The position numbers and the translations under genes were made by a program. From positions 752,568 through 816,567 of the forward strand of contig JAIVFI010000011.1 in assembly GCA_025558095.1 (NCBI GenBank): a stretch of DNA of 64,000 nt, written 5' to 3'. The notes below the pieces were generated by a model. That model did no database searches and was not told where the DNA came from. It saw only the letters and a list, made by a program, of their open reading frames with translations. Below are positions 46,007 to 56,867 of this stretch, piece by piece (within the stretch, counting starts at the first letter, position 1; each line of letters starts with the position of its first letter). Source of the DNA: Hyaloraphidium curvatum SAG 235-1 (Eukaryota > Fungi > Monoblepharomycota).

Positions 46007-47568
46007 ATGGCTGCCACCCAAGAAGGTTCCGGAGACTTCCCGGCAATGATCTCCTTCTCGGACCGCGAGCTCCTCGCCCTGTTCCCTACTGCTCCTCCTC
46101 TTGGAGTCCCGCCGCCGTGGGCCGGACATCGCGCCGAAGACCCCGCACGGGCCGCCCGTCTGGCGCTGCCGCTGACCCCCAAGGCAATGCTGGAGGCTCT
46201 TTCGCCGTCACCGGGCCTGCAACGGATTGCTTCGTTGGGCATTTCTCTGCGGCCATACGCCAAGTACGCCCTGTTCCACTGGTTCGCGCTGCAGCTCGTC
46301 TATTACCCGCTGCTCGCGATATGCTGGGTTTACGGCCGGGATTTGTTCGACACGAAGCAACTGGCCATCACGACGGCGGCGCTCGTCTTCCAGTTTGTCG
46401 TGAGCGGGCTCATTTTCGGGGTTTCGGGGTTCATGATGCGCGATGTCGACCTAATGAAGGCCGGTAAACCGGACGAAGAGGCCAGCGGTGCGCCGGCTGC
46501 GGATGTCGTGGATGAGGACATCATGGCGCCTTTGGCCCGCTGTGGTTCCAGCTGACGTCCGTGGCTGACGGTGCGGGAAGGAGGAAGGGCGCGGACTCGG
46601 CGGGAGGGGCCTCGCCTTTGACTTCCCACGTCGACGGCGACCCTTACTGCCCCTGCTCGAGCTCCTTGTGCTTGGGGTCGTTGCCCCGCCGGGTCGTTGC
46701 CAGCTTCCTCGCTTTCTTTGGCTTCACGGCGGGAGTCGCCTTTGTTCAGTACACGTTCCTCCAGAACTACTCGGCCCTGGTCACCTTGGCGGACGACACC
46801 TGGACCCACGCCTGGAGCGCCCCGTTCTGCGTCCTGCTGATCGTGATCCATCTTTCCTACTTCCTCCTCGCACAGTTTTCCTTGCTGCGCAACAACTCCG
46901 GCCTCCGCAGCGTCAGCCTCGAAACGCGCCTGCAAGTTCGAGCCTTTCGCCTCGCCCTGGGCTCTCTGGTGGACCGCTTCCACCATGCGGAACAGATCGG
47001 AACGGACCTTCCCCCCTCGCACCGCGCGGAGCCCGCCGACGCCGAGCTCTACGTGGCCCTGTACCGCTCGCTCGCCCCAACGTGGCGGCTCCGCGTCGCC
47101 GAGGATTCTCATTTGCAGACCATGACCGTCGGCCTCTTCTTCAGCACCTGCATCCAGGCCGTCATCTTCGTCGCCGGTGGCTCCTGCTTCCCCGCCTACC
47201 TTCTGATGGCTATCGGGTACTACGTCGTGCTGTGCTTCGTCCAGCTCGCCGGGCTCGCGCGGAGCAACGCCAAGATCGACGCCGTCACCTCCCTCCTGAA
47301 CCGCACCTGCGCCGAGCTGCGGCTGCTCGTGCTCCGCCTGGGCCCCGGAGCGGATGCGGCGCTGCGGACCCGCGCGCAGGACAACATCGCCGTGATATCG
47401 TCGGCGCTCGAGGGCGGAGAGCTGAGGGCGACGTTCCTGGGGGCACCCGTGTCGATGGGGCTGATCCGGACGGTGGCGGCGACGCTGCTGACCGTCGCGG
47501 TGGGGGTGTTTGGGCTGCTGAGGGGGGCGGGGGTTTACCTGACGGTGGAGAACGTGTGCTGGGCGTAG
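46007..47568 (+). pseudogene. GRL/7TMIC-like multi-TM protein, copy 3; frameshift near 46540
   Basis: ELLALFP, HVDGDPYCPCSSSLC, SNAKI, LRATFLGAPVSMGLIRTVAATLLTVAVGVFGLLRGAG. WFQLT, which matches WLQLA of copy 2, straddles the frame change. Confidence 0.68.
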
Positions 47569-47627
47569 GAGGAGGAGCAAACGAAACTGTAGAATTGAAG
47601 AGCTGTCGAACATCACCCCGACGCACC

Positions 47628-48782
47628 TCAAGTCTTCGCCGCCTCGGCCACGTACCCATCGTAAGCGGGCACCAGCACCCCCCTCACCCACCCCGCGCTC
47701 CCCTCCACCCATCTAAGCTGCTTCCAGTACCCGTTCCAGCACCCGCACCTGCCCAGCGCCTCGTCCGTGCCGTTCCCGTCCGCCATCCAGCACCGCATGC
47801 ACCCCTGCGACGGCTTCGGCCCCTGCATGTGGACGATCTGCAGCCCCGCGGACGGGGGGGGGGCGCCCCAGTAGGCGTACCAGTGCATCCCGAGGGGGAG
47901 CACGTCCCGCAGCCCGAGGCGGGCAAAGGTCTCCGAGGTGATCTCCTGGTCGAACGCGCCCGGCCAGCCCGTCTTCCGGCCGCGGGCGATGACTTCCCCG
48001 CGGTGTGCGGCCAACGCGGTCGAATTGATGAGCATGACCCCCGAGGAGAGGAGCCCGCGCCATTCGGGGTGGAGGTACCCGTGCGCCGACGCCCCCATCG
48101 CGACCCCCCGCACGGGGCGCGGGTGCGCGCACGAGGTGACGTCCGAAAAGAAGAGCACGTCGGTGTCGGTGTACAGCACGAGCTCGGGGTGGACGTCCGG
48201 CGGCGGCGGGGGGAGCGAGGGGAGGACAAGGGGGATGTCGAGGCGCAGGAAGGTGCCGTATTCGGATATCCAGGTGGCGGGCTTCACACCGCTCTCGACG
48301 GCGTCGACGAGCAGGGGGAGGAAGGAGAGGTTGTGCCTGACGACGGTGGCCCCCTGGCGCTCGAACCACTTCGGCAGGTCGTCCTCGGCGTCGGCGACGT
48401 CCGTGATCAGGTACGGGAGCAGCGACGGCGCGTGCTTCTTTGCCGAGAGCAGCGCGGCCTTTGCGTGGTCGCCGTACTTTTTCCGCTTCTGTTCCGGGTA
48501 CGTGTCGGTGCGTGCCGCGTCGAACTGCGGCGTGCGGCCGGTGCCGACCGTCATGAACCACCGCAGCCGCCGCGGCACGCAGGGAGGGGAATTCGGCAGC
48601 GGGTCCGGCGGCGGCTGAGAGGCCTTCAGCAGGTCCGCGGGCGCCGGGGCCGGCGGCGCGGGCGCGGGGTCGGCCGCGGGGTCCGCCCTTTGCCCCGTCC
48701 CGAAGAGCACCGTTGCCGCGAGCCCCGCCAGCAGCGCCCACCGCAGCGCCCGGAGCCTGGGGCCGGACGCCCACTGCGCCAT
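47628..48782 (-). CDS. Type II membrane glycosyltransferase, GT8-like
   Basis: N-terminal TM anchor and Pro-rich stem; TFLRLDIP, VLYTDTDVLF (DxD), SGVMLIN, FDQ, IVHMQGPKP. Confidence 0.75.
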   Translation of the reverse strand: MAQWASGPRLRALRWALLAGLAATVLFGTGQRADPAADPAPAPPAPAPADLLKASQPPPDPLPNSPPCVPRRLRWFMTVGTGRTPQFDAARTDTYPEQKRKKYGDHAKAALLSAKKHAPSLLPYLITDVADAEDDLPKWFERQGATVVRHNLSFLPLLVDAVESGVKPATWISEYGTFLRLDIPLVLPSLPPPPPDVHPELVLYTDTDVLFFSDVTSCAHPRPVRGVAMGASAHGYLHPEWRGLLSSGVMLINSTALAAHRGEVIARGRKTGWPGAFDQEITSETFARLGLRDVLPLGMHWYAYWGAPPPSAGLQIVHMQGPKPSQGCMRCWMADGNGTDEALGRCGCWNGYWKQLRWVEGSAGWVRGVLVPAYDGYVAEAAKT

Positions 48783-49395
48783 GCGCGGGGGCGGGAAGGC
48801 GGGCGGGAACACGAACGGTGGGAAGGTCAGCTACAACGACTCGCCGGCGGGACGTCCGCCCCCGAGGCTCTTGCCCCAAGGATCCCTGGACAATCCAGCG
48901 AGAAGCGATGACAGCCAATAGTCCAAGAATCCAATAATCCGGATAACAGATTCTAGTCTCGATGGTGCACGACCCGGGGGGCCTGACCGGGGCGGCCCGC
49001 ATCCCTTGTCGTCCCACCGCCCGGGGCGCCTCGGCCGCCAGGCAGGAACAGCCGGCAAGATGGACTGACGTGCCATGCTGCAGGACGAATTGTCCTGATC
49101 GCTCCGGCGTGGAGTCGCGAGCGGGCAGGGCAGGGTTCCGGGCCGACTCAGGGATCGCGAATCAGCCTGGCTACTCGCGTCCGATTCAGATGAGCCTCTC
49201 TGTTTGCCGGCTGTAAGCTCCCAAAAAGCCCATCCCCACTGCGAGATCCGTGGCTTCGGGCGGCCGGTCCTCGCTGCCGGACCCCGTCCTTGCCACCGCC
49301 ACGGTGGTCACACACAACAGTGTCTCCCCCGACGTGTTTCTGCCCCTCGAAACGCGCCTCCTGCACCATCTCCCTTCGGAAGCCGAGTTTTCGAC

Positions 49396-51641
49396 ATGGC
49401 GGCGGCCAAAATCGCGGCGGTCGCGGTCGGATCGGCGGCGGCGGCCGCCCTCGCGGACTGGCACTTTGGCTTCCGCCACGACATGAAGATGGCCCAAGCG
49501 TACGCCAAGGGCTTCGAGTACATGCTCGGCCGCGAGGCAGCGGGCCGGGCGTCGACCGTCGAGCCGTTCGTGGCGACCGCCCGCGGCCCGATGGCGGAAA
49601 AGGAGTTTCTCGTGTTCGGCGACTACTCGGCGACGTTCGCGCAGGCCGACGCCGAGAGCAACCGGCTGGCGCAGCTGCTCGCCGAGGCCGGCGTGAAACC
49701 CGGGGACGTGGTCGGCATCTGTTTCCAGAACAGCCCGCAGGCCGTGTACGCCCAGCTGGCCGTCATGAAGCTCGGCGCCGCCGTGGCGTGGCTCAACCAC
49801 AACCTCGTGGGCAACGGGCTGCTGCACACCTTCAAGCTCGGCAGGTCGAAGCACCTGCTGTTCGAGGACATGGTGGCGGGGTCGATCGCGGACATCGCGA
49901 ACGGGCTGGACGCGGACACGAAGCTCATGTGCTACGGCTTCTCGGTCCTCTCGCCGGTGCCGGCAGCGTTTGCGGGGCGGGAGTTCCAGGCGTTCGACGC
50001 CGCGGCGCTGGCTGCGCGGTTCTCGGACGGCTCGGTGGACCCGGGGATCGAGGTCCGCAAGACGATCCGGCTCAACTCCTTCGCGGGCATCTACTTCACC
50101 TCCGGGACCACTGGTGGGCGATCCGTCGCGCCGATCCCCACCGGATCTGATCCGCGTTTGTCGTCTCCGCCTGCCAGGCCTGCCCAAGGCCGCCTACCAG
50201 ATCCACTCCCGCCTCTCGACCTTCCCCTCGGTCATCGCCCTCGGCTTCGGGTACTTCACCGCCTCGGACCGCATCTTCTGCCCCCTCCCGCTGTACCACG
50301 GCGCCGCCCAGGTCTCGCTCAACATCTGCTGCCTCGTGGGGGCGACCTACGTATTCACGCGCAGGTTCTCGGCGTCGACGTTCTGGGCCGAGGCGAAGAG
50401 GACGCGGGCGACGGCGATGCAGCACATCGGGGAGGTGGCGCGGTACCTGTACGCCGTCCCGCCGGGGCCGCAGGACAGGGCGCACTCGGTGACCAAGGGG
50501 ATCGGCGTCGGGCTGAGGCCGGAGCTGTGGTGGGTTGCGACATCCCTACCGGCCCCGGTCGAGCCTGACGCCCCCCTCCCCCCCCCTCTTCCAGGAAACC
50601 GTTCATGGACCGCTTCGGCCTCCGCCAGATGCTCGAATGGTACGGCGCCTCCGAGGGCGTCGTCGGCATGTTCCACGTGCAGCAGGGCCGGGACGGGATC
50701 GGCTGCGTCGGCAGGCTCGGCTACCTCGCGCGGCGCAACGGCAACGTCCGGATAGTGCGGATCGACCCGGACACCGAGGCCATCGTCCGGGATCCCGGGA
50801 CGGGGCTGGCGGTGGAGTGCAGGCCGGGGGAGCCGGGGGAGGCGCTGGGGAGGATCGACCCGCCCGAGATGTCGCCGGTGAAGCACACGAACTTCGACGG
50901 GTACTACGGGGACACGGCCGCGACGGTGGGTACCGCGCGCGAGCGGGCTATTGGCGCGATCCGACGCCGCGCGCGGCTCTAGGAGAAGAAGATCAGGCGG
51001 AACGTGTTCAAGCAGGGCGACGCGTACATGGCCATGGGCGACATAATGGTGGGCCGCACGTTGCCTCGCCGTGGCCCCGCCCTCACCCTGCCGATCTCGC
51101 AGAGCATCGACCGCCGCGGATGGGTCCGTTTCCACGACAGGATCGGGGACACGTTCCGCTGGCGCGGCGAGAACGTCTCGACAACCGACGTCGCCGGCGA
51201 GCTCTCCCAGTACTCGGAGGACCTCGTGGACTGCAACGTGTACGGCGTCGCGGTGCCCGGGCAGGACGGGCGCGCGGGGATGGCGGCGGTGTCCCTGCGG
51301 AAGGAGCTCTCGCCGGCGGAGCTGGAGGGGTTCATGCGCGGGATGGGGAGGTTCGCGGCGGAGAGGCTGCCGAGCTATGCGGTGCCGCGGTTCGTGAGGG
51401 TGGTCAAGGAGATCGAGCTCACGGGTGGGTGTGGTTGGTGCCTGGCAGCAGGCCCGCAGAGGCTCACGGTGCGCGGTCTGCAGGCACGTTCAAGCAGCGC
51501 AAGGTCGAGTACGTCAAGCAGGGCTTCGATCCCGCCGCCATCCGGGAGCCGATGTTCTGGTTCGACGCGGCGAAGAAGTCCTACGAGCCGTTCGGGCCGG
51601 TCGAGCACCGGTCCATCGTGGCCGGCAAGGCCAAGCTGTGA
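49396..51641 (+). CDS. Very-long-chain acyl-CoA synthetase / fatty acid transport protein (FATP/FAT1-like); five introns
   Basis: YFTSGTTGLPKAA, PLPLYHG, EWYGASEG, FHDRIGDTFRWRGENVST, DGRAGMA, TGTFKQRK. Confidence 0.93.
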
Positions 51642-53316
51642 CGGTGCCGGATACATAGTACACTTTCTCTTCCGCCCGCTCTACCGCCCGCCGCCTCGAC
51701 AAGGATTCCCGCGAAGGTCGCATGTACCTGGCCATCTCCTCCGCGTCCATGTCGAGGCCCGCCTGGCGATCCGGGAGTCCGTGGGGGCATGGTCCACAGC
51801 CATCTGATGCGCGGCTGCCTACCGCCGGGTGTGCTCCTCGAAGCACGGTCACTTTGTCGGTGGGGACGAATGGGAGAAAAACAGAGTAGGGAAAACGTCC
51901 TCGCCGCCGATGACAGGGATGTGGCACGTCAGGGCCCACAACCGGGGGAGGAACCCGATGCGGCGCAGGAGCACGACGTCGTTACTCAGGGACACCGCGA
52001 GGCTGCGCACCGCCCCGGCGGACGCCAAACACTCCGGAGAGGAGGTTGAGCACCGGCACCAAGGCGCCGTGGCGTTCGAGGGCGGCGGCAAGGGACGGAA
52101 AGTCTCCCTTCACGGGGCGCAGCCGCCTCATGAGCACCGGCATGGCCAGGTCACAGAGATCCGCGGGAAGCGAGGTTGGTAACGTGTGCCGGGTCGCCGC
52201 CGCGGAGGGCTAGCGGGGGATCGAAGATTTCGCGGGAGGACAGAGAGGGTTTTCTGGGCGGATAGATGTGTGTGCATCGAAAATGAGTTGCGACGCCAAG
52301 CTACCGTTCGCCAGAACTAGGTTCGCCGGACCGAGGAGTCGGGTCTCGCGCACGGGTCGCCAGCGATGACCCGATGCCAGCAACCGGCCCAGTCGGCCTA
52401 CCAACCCACCAAACGGCGCGCGGCAACCGATCGGCCTCCGCGCATCCCGCATCCCGAACGTTCCCGCCGCGGCGGCGATAGTGGCGGGGGCCCGGACCCG
52501 CGCCGGCACTGAAAATCGGCGTGCCGGGTGCGGGGACCGCACTTCTCGCCACGCGCACACCCCCGGGACAGGGTGCGCAGATCGGCCGGTAACACTCGGG
52601 GCTTCCTAAAGTTCCATCCCCGGGACGCGGGCCCTAGCGCCCGATGCCCCGCAGAGTCGCGGGGGGGAGTTCTATCGCGCGGGGCGGGATGCGGCGGCCT
52701 GGGCGCGCGGCGGCAGGCGGTCCGGACCGAGGGCCGAGCAGCCGCCGGCGGCGATCGGCGTCCGACGCGATCGGGGAGGCCGTGGACGGCCGCGGGGGTC
52801 GGGAGACGTCGGAATCGGTCGAGGCGTTTCGGATCACGCGCATTCTCGCACCCGAGTGCCCCGATGTGCTCTGCCGTGGCATCGGGAAATCGGAAGGCCC
52901 GACTGGCTGGATGGCCCACTGTGCGGGGTGGCGGGCTTCCGAAGCGGACACGGCCGGCTGGCCCTCGATCGGGCCGCACGGCAAACACAACCCCGCAAGC
53001 GGCGGCTGCAATGCCATCACACACGATCGATTCGGTGGCCCATTTTCTGCTCGGCAGCGGGTGGGAAATCGTGTGAGCAAGCGGCGGTAAGCGGCGATCT
53101 GGGCCCGAGCGGGCCGCCGGCCGCGTTGCCGCTCCCGCTTCCTCACTGGAATCTCCGATCCGCGTTCGCCCACGCGCCCCGCCGACAGATCGCGGCCCCG
53201 CCGCCCGGGCCCCGACCGGAGGAACCCGCCCGGCCGTTCCCGACGCGCGGCCCCCGAGGGCGACGCCGGCCACCCCACACCTGACTTATCTGCTGACTGC
53301 TGAGGGTCTGCCGGCC

Positions 53317-54489
53317 ATGGGCTCCCCGCCCTCCCCGCCGTCGCCGCTGGACGACTCGTCGCCGAGCTGGGAGGACCTTGTCGCCGCGCTGGCCGCCGAG
53401 CCCGACTGCGAGGCGCGCTTCGCAGAGGGCCGCGCGCGCCGCAGACGCTACCGCCCGCTCAAGACAATCGGCCGCGGCTCCGAGGGCGTCGTCAAGTGCG
53501 CCCTCTCCCTCGACACCGGCCGGCGCGTGGCAATGAAGGTGTGCACCAAGCCGCGCGCGCCCGAGGTGTTCCGCTCCGTGGCGCGCACGCCGTCGGCCGA
53601 GGAGACCATCGCCGCGCGCGAGCGCATGTCGGGCGAGCTGCGGCGCAAGTTCGAGGCGCTGAGGGAGCTCGAGCACCCGAACCTGCCGCGCATGCTCGAG
53701 TTCTTCGAGACCGAGACAAAGGTGTACACCGTCAGCGAGCTCTGCGAGGGGGTGAGCAGGCATGCGCGCCAGCCACCGCCGTTGCAGGTATCTGACTCCT
53801 CCGCCCGGGTCGTCCAGGACCTCTCGGCCTTCATCGCCACCCGCAAGTCCCGCCGCCTCCCCGAGCCCCTCATCCGCTGCATGCTCCTCCCCCTGCTCCG
53901 CGCCCTCTCGCACCTGCACGCCCACGGCATCGTCCACCGCGACCTCAAACCCTCCAACATCCTCCTCCGCTCCTTCTCCGACCCCGCCGACCTGTGCCTC
54001 GCGGACTTTGACGGCGCCCACGTCGACTCCCCCTCCCGCGTCCCCAAACCCATGGAAACCCTCATCGGCACCCCGTTCTACATCGCCCCCGAGCTCGTCC
54101 GCGGCTTGCCCTACGGCGCGGAAGTGGACCTCTACTCGCTGGGCGTCATCGCGTACGAGCTCGCGGCGGGGGAGACCCCCTTCGCGGACTCGGCGAGCTA
54201 CGCCTCCCTGTACGGCCGGATCGCCGGGGCCGAGTGGGAGTTCCCCGCCGGGTGCGGGTCGCCCGAACTCCGCTCCCTCGTGAAGGGGCTGATGCACCCG
54301 GACCCCGCGAGGCGGACGCCGTGCCGCGAGGCCCTGGCGCACCCGTTCTTCGCGGGCCCCGCCGCGGTGCAGAAGAGGCCGGGGCTGGGGGACAGGATGA
54401 TGTCGGGTACCGCGGTCGTGTGGCGTTCCGAGACGGGGGAGCTGTTCCCCGTGGGGAGGTGGGGGGAGGCGGTGCAGGCGGGGAGCTGA
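53317..54489 (+). CDS. Ser/Thr kinase paralog of 23709-24864, with DFD in place of DFG; one in-frame intron
   Basis: IGRGSEG, VAMK, HRDLKPSN, ADFDG, GTPFYIAPE. Confidence 0.9.
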   Translation: MGSPPSPPSPLDDSSPSWEDLVAALAAEPDCEARFAEGRARRRRYRPLKTIGRGSEGVVKCALSLDTGRRVAMKVCTKPRAPEVFRSVARTPSAEETIAARERMSGELRRKFEALRELEHPNLPRMLEFFETETKVYTVSELCEGVSRHARQPPPLQVSDSSARVVQDLSAFIATRKSRRLPEPLIRCMLLPLLRALSHLHAHGIVHRDLKPSNILLRSFSDPADLCLADFDGAHVDSPSRVPKPMETLIGTPFYIAPELVRGLPYGAEVDLYSLGVIAYELAAGETPFADSASYASLYGRIAGAEWEFPAGCGSPELRSLVKGLMHPDPARRTPCREALAHPFFAGPAAVQKRPGLGDRMMSGTAVVWRSETGELFPVGRWGEAVQAGS

Positions 54490-54914
54490 GCGGGCGGAGG
54501 GGCGGGGGGCTGGAGCACGGTGGAGGTGCGGTTGGACTGTGTCGTGTATCTACGTGCGATTGGATAATCGAGTTCACGCTTCTGAGGACTAGGAAAGACC
54601 CGCATCTGGAGCTGCGACTGCTCCCTCCGACCGAATGCCGGAGGGGCTAGAAGCAGGCACGGAGCACGCTGCGGATCGCGCAAACGAGACCTCGCGTCCG
54701 TGATGCCGGCACGGCAGTGCCGAAAGTCCGGGAGCGGAGCCGAACGAAGAACCTGCCGCCGGACGGAGCCGAACTCCACGACGACCGCATCAAGAGCACC
54801 AGGGGCCATCAGAGGCTCTGAATCGGCGCGAGAGGGTGATCGAATCCCATTCCATGCCGACTGTGTCCGGACACGGCCCTCCGCATCCATCCCGCGGACC
54901 GCACCGATCCGCGC

Positions 54915-56198
54915 CTACCCCGTCGCCGGCCTGGACCCCAACCCCCGCACCCTGCTCCCCCCCGCGCCCTCCCACGGCTCCCTCGCGCGGATCTGGTACG
55001 CCGTCGGGCTCGCCTCGCCGCCGCCCCCGCCCAAGGGCAGGCTGGCGGTGCGGTCGGGGGCGGGGGCCGCCGGCAGGAGGCGGAAGTGCGCCGCCGCCGG
55101 GACGGGCTGCGAATAGGGGGGGTGCGAGGGGAGGGAGGAGTAGAACACGGGCTGGGAGGATTGCTGGTGCAGGTGCGCGTAGGCCGCCAGCGGGTTCGGG
55201 GGCGTGGGGGGGTACCGCGGGGGCCCGGGCAGACCCCCCACCGGGGCGGGGGCGTCCCTGGACGGCAGGGGACCCGAGAACCCGGGCTGGCCCCTCGCGA
55301 CCACCTGCGCGGCCTGCAAGCGCATCGCCTGCTCCGCCAACGCGCGGACGGCGGCATCGGCGCGGGCGGCCTGCGCGGCGTGGAAGGCCTGCTGCGCCTG
55401 CAGCGCGCGCAGGGCGGCCCTCGGGTCCGGGGGGAAGGCGGCGGGTTGGGGGGGGTACGGCGGGGGGTACCCGGGCCGCAGTTGTTGTTGGTGGAGGGGG
55501 GGTTGCGCCCCCGGGAAGTACCCTGTCCGCGCGTCCGGGGCCGAAGGGGAGGGCGCCGTGGGGGGCCAGTACCCCTGCTCCTCGCCCTGCCCGCGCCCGT
55601 AGTAGCCTCCAATGTCCCACAGCGGCGCCCCGGGCGCCACGCCCCACTGGTCGCCGGGCACCGCCAGGTCCAGCCCCGCGAGGTCGGGCGCGGCGAGGTC
55701 CAGGGCGGCGAGCTCGCGCCGCTTGTGCTCCTTGTCGTCCTCGGGGAGCTCCCACACCTCGACCTGCTCGGCAAAGGTGACGCGTTTGCGGGGGGCGGAG
55801 GGGTCGGTGCCGGTGTTGCGCCGCACGAGCTGCGGGCGGGAGGGGCGGTCGAGGGAGCCGGAGGGGAGGATCCCGGAGGGGCCCCTCAACCGCCCCGAGC
55901 TCGCGCTCCTGACGACTTCCGATATAAGGAAGCGGACTTTGAGGGAGGTGACGTCCGGTTCGTCGCCGATGTCGGAGGGCACGTGGATCCCGATGTCCGC
56001 CGACGCGGCGCGGAGCAGGTCTCCGAAAGAGGCCCCCTGCTGCTGTCCCAGGTTTCCGGAAGCGGCCCTCAATATGCCTGCATAGAGCTGCCCGACATCG
56101 TGGCCCTCCCCGTCTTCCCGGTGCGACGACGCCGCTTCCAGCAGGCACGCCCAGCAGGGCGCCGTCGGGTCCGTGCCGCCGCCGTGCGGGCACGCCAT
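54915..56198 (-). CDS. Pro-rich protein with N-terminal CxH..CxxC and RVxF motif (RKRVTF)
   Basis: Clean ORF; shares motifs with 61264-62172. Confidence 0.65.
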   Translation of the reverse strand: MACPHGGGTDPTAPCWACLLEAASSHREDGEGHDVGQLYAGILRAASGNLGQQQGASFGDLLRAASADIGIHVPSDIGDEPDVTSLKVRFLISEVVRSASSGRLRGPSGILPSGSLDRPSRPQLVRRNTGTDPSAPRKRVTFAEQVEVWELPEDDKEHKRRELAALDLAAPDLAGLDLAVPGDQWGVAPGAPLWDIGGYYGRGQGEEQGYWPPTAPSPSAPDARTGYFPGAQPPLHQQQLRPGYPPPYPPQPAAFPPDPRAALRALQAQQAFHAAQAARADAAVRALAEQAMRLQAAQVVARGQPGFSGPLPSRDAPAPVGGLPGPPRYPPTPPNPLAAYAHLHQQSSQPVFYSSLPSHPPYSQPVPAAAHFRLLPAAPAPDRTASLPLGGGGGEASPTAYQIRAREPWEGAGGSRVRGLGSRPATG

Positions 56199-56867
56199 CG
56201 CGGGCGACGCGCACAGCGGCGACCGAAAGGAGGCGATCGCGAGCGGCGGAGGGGGGGCGAAGGGGGGAGGAGGGGGTCGGGCGGGCGGAATGGTTGGCGG
56301 CGGTCCCCCGCGGGACTACGCGCGGGGCGCAGCTGCGATCGGACCGAGAGGCGGGAACCGGGACGGCGCGGCGGACGGGAGGCCGCGCTAGGCCCCGGAC
56401 GGTCGCAAATAGTCCATTTGGTGCTGCAGGATCGATGGATGGCCGGATTGGAATCACGGAGCGGCTGCGGGAGGCGGGCGGGTCGGGCCACGGGGCCGAT
56501 ATGGGCGCCGGGGGCCAAACAAGGCACAATTCCACGGCAATAGGAGTTTCAGGCAGTAGCTGGATAGGCGGAAGGAGTATAATCTCTTGGAGGCTCTTCG
56601 ATGCCGCAATCCGGCCTTCCGAGTCAGTCCAACACGGTTAACCAACGTGCCCAGCGCGGCCACCCGAGTTGCCCGAGCCCAGCATCCGCCCCCCGCCGCA
56701 TCCTTTCGGCATCCATCCATCCATCGATTACGGATTATCCGCGTCGATCGGCTGGTTGCTCTTCTGCCTCGCGTTGCGCGCCCTGGGTGACACGCGGCCC
56801 GACCTCTCCTGCCGCGCCCGCTCCAACAACAAACGCCCGCCTCCCGCCATCCGCCCACCGCCGCGCG

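Noticed and set aside
46668-48911. Long overlapping or antisense ORFs (e.g. 747 aa here; also 30687-32591, 56728-58677, 2525-4246)
   Set aside because: Arg/Gly/Pro-rich shadow frames expected at this GC content, lying opposite or over real genes.
51660-52180. Possible further F-box/LRR remnant on the minus strand
   Set aside because: Only vague similarity (AVRSLAV..GFLPR); cannot be supported without a profile search.
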